This document shows, piece after piece, positions 16,638 through 24,000 of a DNA stretch of 24,000 nt. A program made the position numbers and the translations under genes. The notes under the pieces were generated by a model. That model saw nothing but the letters and a program-made list of their open reading frames with translations, was not told the origin of the DNA and searched no databases. Source of the DNA: an uncultured Chloroflexia bacterium (GTDB taxonomy: Bacteria > Chloroflexota > Anaerolineae > B4-G1 > SLSP01). Position 1 is the stretch's first letter; each line of letters begins with the position of its first letter. The stretch is taken from the NCBI GenBank assembly GCA_963700595.1, contig CAVOYE010000022.1, positions 119,033 through 143,032 on the forward strand. Direction: 5' to 3'.

Positions 16638-18731
16638 TTATGAAGCCAATACAAGACGCATATCGATTGCCATGGCCCCTCGTTCTTTACCAAAGACCAT
16701 CAAGGGGTTGATATCCAATTCAACGATTTCCGGGAAATCAGTGACCAAACGGCTGATTAACAAGAGTGAATTCTCCAATGCCTCGAGGTCAACCGGTGGT
16801 TCACCTCTGATACCTTCAAGCAAGCGGTACGATCGAATTTCCCGGATCATTTCATGGGCTTCTTCACGGCTAAAGGGTGCGACCCTGAAAGACACATCTT
16901 TCAAAGCTTCCACATAAATACCCCCCAGCCCAAACGCAACCAGTGGCCCAAACTGCGGATCGCGACTCATGCCCAGCAGAATCTCACGTCCCCCGGTTAC
17001 CATCTCCTGCACCTGACAGCCCCAGATATGCGCCCCCGGGACATAGCGTCCAGCCCGGTATACCATTAAATCGAAGGCGTCCCGCACGTCACTGGCTGAA
17101 CGGATATTCAGTTTGACACCACCCACATCGGTTTTGTGCAAAATGTCGGGTGACGCAATTTTCATAACGACCGGATAGCCAATTTCTTCGGCTATCGTTA
17201 CAGCCTCGTCTGCGGTGGCTGCAAGCTGTGATTTCGGAACTCTAAAACCATAGGCATTCAAAACAGACCAGGCTTCGGAATCTCCGATGGACACCCGTCC
17301 CTCAGAGCGAACACGATTAAACAATTCCCGGACAGCGAGCATGCTTTCTGAGCGCGGTTCCGGCTTGAATATCGGTGTCAGTCGTTCCCGTCGATAGGCG
17401 CTCATAGCAGCGAAAGCCCCAGCTGCACGTTCGGGGAAGGGGTAGTTGGGTACGCTGTACTGCCAGAGCACATCGATACCCGCTTTTATTCGCGACTCGC
17501 CCATAAAGCATCCCAGGACCGGTTTGTCGGTTGTTTGCGCAATGCGCCCAACAGCATGAGCGGTTTTCTCAATCTCCGTCATTGCCTGGGGGGTCACAAT
17601 GACCATCAGACCATCGACCTGCGGGTCTTCAAGCACGACTTTTATGGCATATTCGTAACGGTCAGCAAAAGCATCCCCCAGAACATCCACCGGGTTGGCG
17701 GAACTGGCAGCCCCCGGTAATTGGGAATCCAGGGCTGCAGTGGTCTCGGGTGTTAAGTGGGTAATGGTCAGTCCGGCACGTTCAAGTGCATCCGTTGCCA
17801 GGATACCTGGACCACCGGCGTTGGTCACGATGGCTATCCGGTCGCCTTTGAGAAGCGGTTGATAGGCGAATGCCCGGGCGTTGTCAAATAAGGCTTCCAT
17901 GGATTCGACGCGAATAATACCTGCCTGCTTAAAAGCCGCCTTATATGCCGCTTCCGATCCGGCAAGACTGCCGGTATGCGATGACACGGCGCGCGAGCCA
18001 GATGCCGTCACACCAGATTTGATGGCGATGACCGGTTTCTCCCGGGTGACTTTACGGGCAACTTCCATGAATTTCTGCCCATCGGGTACACCTTCGACAT
18101 AAATCAGGATGACTTTGGAGTCCGGATCCTCGCCCCAAGCTTGCAAAAGGTCGATTTCACTGACGTCGGCTTTATTGCCCAGCGAGACGAATTTGGAAAA
18201 TCCAATGTGCCCTGCCATCGCGATATCCAGTACGGCAGTACCAAGAGCCCCGGACTGCGACATAAAGGCGATGGGACCACCGGGCGGCATACCTGCCGCA
18301 AATGTGGCGTTAAGCGGTGTGTTAGTGTCAATCACTCCCAGGCAGTTTGGTCCGATTACGCGTATATTGTAGTCTTTAGCAGTCTGGATCAGTTCAAGTT
18401 CCCGTTCGTAACCTTCACGTCCAGCTTCGCGGAAACCGGCGGAAATAATGACGACAGAAGGCACCCCTTTCTTTCCGCACTCGACCAATGCTCCGGGAAC
18501 AAATCGTTGGGGGATCACGATGACAGCCAAATCAATAGGATCAGGAACGTCAAGGACCGTGGGGTAGGATTGAAGATCTAATATATCACCCCCTTTTGGA
18601 TTAATGGGGTAGAGTGAGCCTTTGAAACCGGCTTGAATGATGTTATTCAGAACTGCGTAACCGAGTTTGTCTGGATCGCGTGAGGCACCAATAACAGCCA
18701 CGGATTGTGGAGAAAAGAACGTTTCTAGCAT
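16638..18731 (-). CDS. Acetate--CoA ligase (ADP-forming), fused alpha/beta type (NDP-forming acyl-CoA synthetase)
   Basis: The N-terminal CoA-binding fold is SVAVIGASRDPDKLGYAVLNNI. The ligase-CoA domain carries the phosphohistidine loop VSSHTGSLAGS. The C-terminal ATP-grasp domain contains GYPVVMKIASPDILHKTDVGGVKLNI. The protein is 697 aa and has no GNAT extension. Confidence 0.9.
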   Translation of the reverse strand: MLETFFSPQSVAVIGASRDPDKLGYAVLNNIIQAGFKGSLYPINPKGGDILDLQSYPTVLDVPDPIDLAVIVIPQRFVPGALVECGKKGVPSVVIISAGFREAGREGYERELELIQTAKDYNIRVIGPNCLGVIDTNTPLNATFAAGMPPGGPIAFMSQSGALGTAVLDIAMAGHIGFSKFVSLGNKADVSEIDLLQAWGEDPDSKVILIYVEGVPDGQKFMEVARKVTREKPVIAIKSGVTASGSRAVSSHTGSLAGSEAAYKAAFKQAGIIRVESMEALFDNARAFAYQPLLKGDRIAIVTNAGGPGILATDALERAGLTITHLTPETTAALDSQLPGAASSANPVDVLGDAFADRYEYAIKVVLEDPQVDGLMVIVTPQAMTEIEKTAHAVGRIAQTTDKPVLGCFMGESRIKAGIDVLWQYSVPNYPFPERAAGAFAAMSAYRRERLTPIFKPEPRSESMLAVRELFNRVRSEGRVSIGDSEAWSVLNAYGFRVPKSQLAATADEAVTIAEEIGYPVVMKIASPDILHKTDVGGVKLNIRSASDVRDAFDLMVYRAGRYVPGAHIWGCQVQEMVTGGREILLGMSRDPQFGPLVAFGLGGIYVEALKDVSFRVAPFSREEAHEMIREIRSYRLLEGIRGEPPVDLEALENSLLLISRLVTDFPEIVELDINPLMVFGKERGAMAIDMRLVLAS

Positions 18732-18764
18732 GCATTATCCCTTATCGTATCTATTTATCAAGCT

Positions 18765-18792
18765 AGTATAAAACCTTCCTTATAGCTGTCAA
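18765..18792 (-). promoter_or_regulatory. Candidate sigma70-type promoter for the acetyl-CoA synthetase operon
   Basis: On the minus strand, TTGACA (18792-18787) is followed by a 16-nt spacer and TATACT (18770-18765). This sits about 35 nt upstream of the ATG at 18731. Confidence 0.45.
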
Positions 18793-19175
18793 GGCATGAT
18801 TGTGGAAAAACTCAGGCGTTTTATCACTTTCGCAAACGCATCGAAATCCAGCAACAGAATCGGCATGTTGTATTGCCTATTCCTATTTCCTCCAATATAA
18901 TAGATGTATTGAACTCAACTTCCTTTCCTGATCCAATGACACCGTAATCCTGTCAGTGTAGACATTATTTCATCGACAAACGCCGCATCGGAGCCACACT
19001 ACTGGATACCTCTGTGCAGTCCAGGTAAGTATCGAATTTGTGTATTATGTGTAACCTATATGATTTATAGTCAGCCGTATGAAGCAAATAATCGCATCAT
19101 TCCTGGTAGAATAGACCGTGCGTTGACAACGATTGCTTCTGGTTCTATTTCCTTGCTATCAAAAAGGGAGGAATT

Positions 19176-20573
19176 GTGATCAGAAAAATTTTGGTTTCCA
19201 TACTAGCCTTGGTATGTGCAGGTAGTTGTCGCTCATTTGCATTCCCATCGGGGGCTGAAGGTATAGGAGACCCCTATTATCCGCAATTGGGCAACGGTGG
19301 TTATGATGTCTTGCACTATACACTTGAGTTGACTGTTGATCCACAGTCCAATATGCTCTCTGGTATCTGTTCTTTACAGGCTCGGACAACACAACCATTA
19401 AAGATTTTCAATCTGGATTTTTCGGGTTTAACCGTTGAGAAAATCACCGTCAACGATTTCCCGGGTAAATACAAGCGCGATGAACGTGAGTTAATAATTA
19501 CTTCATCCCAACCAATAAATGAAGGCGACATATTTACAGTTACTGTTTCATATAGTGGTTCACCGGAAACTACTCGTTCACTTGGCGGGTGGTTCCAAGC
19601 AGGATGGTTTCACAACACGGATGGCGAAATATACGTTTCCAGCGAATTTTCTGGAGCTTCAACGTGGTATCCGGTTAACGACCATCCACTTGATAAAGCA
19701 TCCTACAGTTTCCGCATTACGGTCCCTAAACCCTATGTGGTTGCTGCCAACGGCTTACTGCAAAATGAGGTGGATAACGGTAACACAGTGACCTATTTCT
19801 GGGAAGCTTCAGAACCTATGGCTAGTTACTTAACTACCCTTAATATCGCGGAATATGTAATAGAATCTGAACAGGGTCCGGATGGTATACTCATCCGCAA
19901 TTACTATCCACCTGATTTTCCTGAAACAGCAAAAAAGGGATTTAATCAGACGGCAGAAATGCTGGTTTTCTTCAGTGACCGTTTTGGACCTTATCCCTTC
20001 GCGGCTTATGGATCAATCATTGTTGATATACCTGAGTTTAGTTTTGGTGCAATGGAAACACAAACCCTTTCGCAGCATGGTCTACGGCACAATGCCATCG
20101 CGGAAACCATAGTTGCGCATGAATTAGCGCATTCGTGGTTTGGCAACAGCGTAAGCCTGGAAAGTTGGCAAGATAACTGGCTTAAGGAAGGGGCGGCAAC
20201 ATATGCTGAGTGGATCTGGGAAGAACAGAAAAAAGGTGTTGAAGCACTAGAAAAGACAGTTCGCGGCGTGTATCAGATTGAATCACGGGCTGAACAATCA
20301 CCTGGCAACCCTTCACCATCAAACTTAGTAATCGATTCTGTATACGACCGGGGTGCACTCACATTCCACGCTCTGAGATTACGTGTAGGAGATGAGATGT
20401 TTTTCCAGATCCTACGAACATACACGGATCGCTTTCGCTATAGCAATGCCAGTACTGCCGATTTTATTGCAATTGCTGAAGAGATCAGTCGTCAAGACCT
20501 GGATGATTTTTTCAACGCTTGGTTATATACGAAGGAGATCCCTGCTATACCAGAGATGGAATTGGTGCCTTAA
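19176..20573 (+). CDS. M1-family zinc metallopeptidase (aminopeptidase N-like), secreted
   Basis: SD aaagggagg lies upstream of GTG 19176, and the N-terminus is a hydrophobic signal segment. The exopeptidase motif is FGAMET. The zinc site is HELAHSWFGN-x13-E, which matches HExxH-x18-E. Confidence 0.9.
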   Translation: MIRKILVSILALVCAGSCRSFAFPSGAEGIGDPYYPQLGNGGYDVLHYTLELTVDPQSNMLSGICSLQARTTQPLKIFNLDFSGLTVEKITVNDFPGKYKRDERELIITSSQPINEGDIFTVTVSYSGSPETTRSLGGWFQAGWFHNTDGEIYVSSEFSGASTWYPVNDHPLDKASYSFRITVPKPYVVAANGLLQNEVDNGNTVTYFWEASEPMASYLTTLNIAEYVIESEQGPDGILIRNYYPPDFPETAKKGFNQTAEMLVFFSDRFGPYPFAAYGSIIVDIPEFSFGAMETQTLSQHGLRHNAIAETIVAHELAHSWFGNSVSLESWQDNWLKEGAATYAEWIWEEQKKGVEALEKTVRGVYQIESRAEQSPGNPSPSNLVIDSVYDRGALTFHALRLRVGDEMFFQILRTYTDRFRYSNASTADFIAIAEEISRQDLDDFFNAWLYTKEIPAIPEMELVP

Positions 20574-20845
20574 GCCAAAATATTCATCTCCCACAATCAA
20601 GGTTAATATTTCGGTTATACAATACCGTTCAGTATTATCCACAACTGCGAATGGAAAATCTTGCAAAAGAGCCGGGTGTGTTTTAATTTTAAGGCAAAAA
20701 GAAGCTTGGTGTCTTTTTAACGCGGGCCTGCATCCTGTGAGGATGTGGCGGCGGGGAAGCCAACATAGAAATTGAGAGCAGATTATTCCGCGCCTCACAA
20801 AGAAACTGTTTAAAATAGAAGCTGGCCCTTTCTTAAAACACCTTG

Positions 20846-20867
20846 CTTGACACGTATACTTGACAAG
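20846..20867. promoter_or_regulatory. 22-bp imperfect palindrome (candidate operator) overlapping the -35 box
   Basis: CTTGACACGTATACTTGACAAG is centred on GTATAC, and 9 of 11 positions are self-complementary. CGTATACT recurs at 20880-20887, overlapping the -10 box. Confidence 0.4.
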
Positions 20868-20887
20868 TTAATCTGATGTCGTATACT
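20860..20887 (+). promoter_or_regulatory. Strong sigma70-type promoter driving the small ORF and ABC exporter leader
   Basis: Consensus TTGACA at 20860-20865, a 16-nt spacer, then TATACT at 20882-20887. Confidence 0.6.
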
Positions 20888-20915
20888 GTAATTACCTTTG
20901 GAGAGACACATTCTT

Positions 20916-20999
20916 ATGATGAAAAATGCCGTTGTACTATTCCATGTTGTGCAAATACCAGATGCCAACATCATGACCTTAGGAGAGGTGCGTCTCTGA
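20916..20999 (+). CDS. 27-codon small ORF (MMKNAVVLFHVVQIPDANIMTLGEVRL); candidate leader peptide
   Basis: It is too short for the ORF track. GGAGAG lies 10 nt upstream of the ATG-ATG start, and the stop is TGA at 20997-20999. It sits between a strong promoter and a strong terminator, directly upstream of the ABC genes. The coding status is not proven. Confidence 0.35.
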   Translation: MMKNAVVLFHVVQIPDANIMTLGEVRL

Positions 21000-21027
21000 G
21001 CCAGTAGCAGGATTTAACAGTATTGTA

Positions 21028-21064
21028 AGCCGTGGACGTCACTGACGCTCACGGCTTTTTTTTT
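21028..21064 (+). terminator. Rho-independent terminator/attenuator 20 nt upstream of the ABC exporter start codon
   Basis: AGCCGTGGACGTC (21028-21040) pairs with GACGCTCACGGCT (21044-21056). This is a 13-position stem with one mismatch, one G-T pair and a 3-nt loop. It is followed by a run of 9 T ending at 21064. Confidence 0.75.
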
Positions 21065-21083
21065 GCCATAACAGGAAAACATC

Positions 21084-22895
21084 ATGAAAAAAACAATAAA
21101 CAGATATTGGAAATTACTCAAGACTTATGTCCAACCGCAATGGGTGCGCGTCGTTTGGCTCCTACTCCTATTGTTCGTCAATATTGCTTTAAGATTAACC
21201 AATCCGCAAATTATGCGGACTTTTATTGACGCTGCTGTGGCTGGAAAAGCTTTTGCGGAGCTAATGGAATTAGGTCTGGTATTTTTAGGTGTCGCACTAC
21301 TGACCCAAGCCTTAGCGATCATCAGCACTTATTTAAGCGAGATAGTGGCATGGACCGCAACCAATTCCCTGCGGCAGGAGATGCTCAAGCATTGTCTGGA
21401 GCTGGATCAGGCATTTCACAAAGCGCATAAGCCAGGCGAGTTAATTGAAAGAATTGATGGTGATGTGGATACGTTATCGAACTTTTTCTCTAAATTCATC
21501 ACCAATATTTTTGCTAACTTCATCCTCCTCCTGGGCATAATCATTCTGCTGTTCCTTGAAGATTGGCGGATTGGGGCAGCGTTGACCGGGTTTGCTGTTA
21601 TCGGGCTGGTTCTGATGGTTGCCACCCGTAAAATTGCGATTCCCTACTGGACAAAAGTCCGCAAAATACGGGCGGAGTTTTATGGTTTTTTGGGTGAGCA
21701 ACTTACCGGTACGGAAGAAATTCGGGCCAATGGTGCGAGTGGATACGTTATGTGGCGATTCTATAATACTTTGCGACAGTGGCTGCCCATCGACCTCAAA
21801 GCCAGCCTGGCAGGTTACTCAATGTGGATGACCAGCAGCGCGATTTTTACAGTTGGGACAGCAATTGCTTTCGCTGTTGGGTCGCTGTTGTGGTACCAGG
21901 GTGTGATGACGATTGGCGCGGTATATCTGGTTGTGCACTATACCGAATTACTGCGCGGTCCTATGTCTGAAATCAGAACCCAACTTGCTGACTTGCAACG
22001 CGCGGAGGCAAGTATGGGCAGGATTGAGAAACTTATGCAGCGCCTTCCACGGATTGTGGACGGTCCGGTGGAACAACTACCGGAGGGTCCATTAAGTGTG
22101 GCATTCGACAACTTGTCTTTTGCTTATGATGATGAAATGCCCGAGGCAGCATCTGAAGAGAAATCTGAAAAACCAGCGGAAGAAGCTGTAGTCCGTGAAA
22201 ATGAGCTCGTTTTACAGAATTTGTCTTTTAGCTTAGATCCGGGAAGAGTGTTAGGATTGCTGGGACGCACCGGCAGCGGTAAAACCACGCTAGCACGGCT
22301 TTTGCTCCGTATGCACGATCCTACGGAAGGTGAGATTCGGCTGGGTGATTACCGGTTACCTGATCTCAATGTCAGAGCCTTGCGGGAGAGGGTGGGGATA
22401 GTGACCCAGGAAGTGCAGTTGTTCCAGGCAAGTGTGCGCGACAACCTCACTTTTTTCGATGACACCATCCCTGACGATCGCTTGCACCAGGTATTTGATA
22501 CGCTGGGTTTAACCGAATGGTTGGCGCAGCAGCCACAGGGTTTGGAGACTCAACTGGAATCCGGGGGTGGGGGACTGTCTGCCGGACAGGCTCAACTCCT
22601 GGCTCTTGCCAGAATTTTCCTTTACGATCCGGGACTGGTCATTCTGGATGAAGCCTCATCGCGGCTTGATCCAATGACGGAATTTCTGATGGAGCGCGCT
22701 ATGGACAAACTCGTCCAAAACCGCACTGTGATTATCATCGCGCACCATCTGGGAACTGTAAATCGGGCGGATGACATCATGATTCTGGATCGGGGATCAA
22801 TCCTGGAGTATGGTAACCGGACCACACTGGCAGGTGACAGCAAAACGCAATTCTACGGACTATTGCAGTCCGGTATGGAAGAGATGCTGGTTTGA
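21084..22895 (+). CDS. ABC exporter half-transporter (N-terminal type-I TMD plus C-terminal NBD)
   Basis: The six-helix ABC membrane domain is followed by Walker A GRTGSGKTT, Q-loop VTQEVQLF and signature LSAGQAQLLALAR. Walker B is LVILDEASSRLD and the H-loop is IIIAHHL. An acidic insert (DDEMPEAASEEKSEKPAEEA) sits at the start of the NBD. Confidence 0.93.
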   Translation: MKKTINRYWKLLKTYVQPQWVRVVWLLLLLFVNIALRLTNPQIMRTFIDAAVAGKAFAELMELGLVFLGVALLTQALAIISTYLSEIVAWTATNSLRQEMLKHCLELDQAFHKAHKPGELIERIDGDVDTLSNFFSKFITNIFANFILLLGIIILLFLEDWRIGAALTGFAVIGLVLMVATRKIAIPYWTKVRKIRAEFYGFLGEQLTGTEEIRANGASGYVMWRFYNTLRQWLPIDLKASLAGYSMWMTSSAIFTVGTAIAFAVGSLLWYQGVMTIGAVYLVVHYTELLRGPMSEIRTQLADLQRAEASMGRIEKLMQRLPRIVDGPVEQLPEGPLSVAFDNLSFAYDDEMPEAASEEKSEKPAEEAVVRENELVLQNLSFSLDPGRVLGLLGRTGSGKTTLARLLLRMHDPTEGEIRLGDYRLPDLNVRALRERVGIVTQEVQLFQASVRDNLTFFDDTIPDDRLHQVFDTLGLTEWLAQQPQGLETQLESGGGGLSAGQAQLLALARIFLYDPGLVILDEASSRLDPMTEFLMERAMDKLVQNRTVIIIAHHLGTVNRADDIMILDRGSILEYGNRTTLAGDSKTQFYGLLQSGMEEMLV

Positions 22896-22932
22896 AACTC
22901 TTTCGCCTTAAATACGACCATTGAGGATCACT

Positions 22933-24000
22933 ATGAAAACTTATCAATATATGTGGCGATTGATGCGCTATCGCCCAATCCTGTATCTGTTCGACGTTCT
23001 GACATGGGTGATATTAACCCTTGTGGAACTCACCCCCGGTTTGCTGGCGAAATTGTTCTTTGATACATTAACGGGTGACCAACCCTATCGATTTGGGGTG
23101 ACGGGTGTCGTGATCTTATTGTTGGTATCAGAGCTTGTTCATTTAATATTGATTACCACAGGTGCACTGCTGGATACCCAGCACCGATTCCGCATGAGTG
23201 CGCTTGTCCGCAGAAATATGTTAGCGCACGTTCTGCAACGACCCGGTGCACGAGCCATTCCAGGTTCAACCGGTGAAGCCCTGAATACTTTCAGAGATGA
23301 CGGGCAAACCATTGAGGATATTCTGAGCTGGTTTGTTGACCAGGTGAGTATTGCCGGCTTTGCATTTGCCTCTCTGTTTATCATGCTGCGGATCAACACG
23401 CGCATTGCCCTGATTACAATTCTGCCTTTGCTTGCGGTTATTACCATTGCCCGTTTGATGGGAAGCCGGGTCAGCAAATTCAGGGAATTGAGCCGGCATG
23501 CTACAGAGCGCGTCACTGGCGCCCTGGGTGAAGCCCTCAATTCGGTACAGGCGATCCAGGTGGCGAATGCTGAGAAAAGTATCATGAAGCACCTGGAAGG
23601 TCTAAACACCACGCGCCGCAAACTGGTCATCAATGACCGTTTGTTGACGCAAATACTGGATTCAATCTACCGGAACGCAGGAGCTTTAGGTACAGGTATG
23701 ATTCTGGTACTTGTCGCAGAATCGATGAAAACGGAGCAATTCAGTATGGGTGATTTTGCCCTGTTTGTATATAACTTGAGCATTCTTACAGAGTTTTTCG
23801 CCAACTTCGGCGACTTTTTAGCTTATTACAAACAAGCCGGCGTCTCTTTCCAGCGCTTGACAGAATTTATTCAGGGAAAACCGCCGGATATATCGCATGA
23901 AAAGGCTGCTGACATTTTACTGCAATATAATTCACTGTATTTAAGGGAACAGGAACCTAAGAGACCTACGGGTGCGTCATTATCAGCAGCACCGCTGCAA
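22933..24000 (+). CDS. Second ABC exporter half-transporter, 3'-truncated by the window edge (TMD only in view)
   Basis: This ORF is absent from the supplied track. I read every codon from ATG 22933 (SD gagga 5 nt upstream) to base 24000 and found 356 sense codons with no stop. The translation (MKTYQYMWRLMRYRPILYLFDVLTWVILTLVEL...) has the helix pattern and loops (GEALNTFRDD, ERVTGALGEALNSVQAIQV) of an ABC type-I exporter TMD. It starts 37 nt after the first ABC gene. Confidence 0.88.
   Translation, partial: MKTYQYMWRLMRYRPILYLFDVLTWVILTLVELTPGLLAKLFFDTLTGDQPYRFGVTGVVILLLVSELVHLILITTGALLDTQHRFRMSALVRRNMLAHVLQRPGARAIPGSTGEALNTFRDDGQTIEDILSWFVDQVSIAGFAFASLFIMLRINTRIALITILPLLAVITIARLMGSRVSKFRELSRHATERVTGALGEALNSVQAIQVANAEKSIMKHLEGLNTTRRKLVINDRLLTQILDSIYRNAGALGTGMILVLVAESMKTEQFSMGDFALFVYNLSILTEFFANFGDFLAYYKQAGVSFQRLTEFIQGKPPDISHEKAADILLQYNSLYLREQEPKRPTGASLSAAPLQ

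Noticed and set aside
18732-19175. A possible small gene or RNA in the 444-bp divergent spacer, for example the 25-codon minus-strand ORF MPILLLDFDAFAKVIKRLSFSTIMP.
   Set aside because: I found no SD, no flanking promoter and terminator pair, no convincing secondary structure and no repeat. It is most simply two divergent promoter regions.
23139-23633. Minus-strand ORFs of 164 aa and 108 aa near the right end of the window.
   Set aside because: They are antisense to the uninterrupted 356-codon ABC membrane-domain frame that starts at 22933.
1-24000. CRISPR arrays, IS elements or transposases, rRNA genes and toxin-antitoxin pairs.
   Set aside because: I found no regularly spaced direct repeats, no terminal inverted repeats flanking an ORF, no transposase-, integrase- or RT-like translations in any frame of the ORF track, and no rRNA-like sequence.

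Overview
This is a 24-kb bacterial chromosomal window of mid GC content, made up mostly of housekeeping genes. The gene content (ADP-forming acetyl-CoA synthetase, formate-THF ligase) and the many Pro/Thr-rich linkers suggest an anaerobic Chloroflexota/Anaerolineae-like organism, but that is inference only. Left to right the window holds: a 5'-truncated HEAT-repeat protein; a polytopic membrane protein with a C-terminal WD40-like propeller; an sbcD/Mre11-type nuclease split by a frameshift, with no sbcC next to it; a membrane-anchored SLT lytic transglycosylase; rluD; tlyA; lepA; an AI-2E/PerM transporter; tRNA-Pro(GGG) with a near-consensus promoter; a PQQ-type sugar dehydrogenase lipoprotein (-); fhs; a small zinc-ribbon protein with an acidic tail (-); a stand-alone Pta-N-terminal-like P-loop/DRTGG protein (-) downstream of a fused ADP-forming acetyl-CoA synthetase (-); an M1 metallopeptidase; and two type-I ABC exporter half-transporters. 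The second exporter gene runs off the window and is missing from the supplied ORF track. I saw no CRISPR array, transposase, integrase or rRNA. Three signals stand out as non-obvious. (1) A ~155-170 nt structured non-coding element is present twice (6767-6933 and 11305-11458), with a conserved closing helix, a conserved internal hairpin and a conserved 3' hairpin at identical spacing. (2) Directly upstream of the ABC exporter pair there is a strong promoter overlapped by a 22-bp palindrome, then a 27-codon ORF with a Shine-Dalgarno (SD) ribosome-binding site, then a strong intrinsic terminator. That layout fits a leader-peptide attenuator. (3) The sbcD gene is frameshifted and orphaned. All functional calls rest on motif recognition by eye; no database search was possible.
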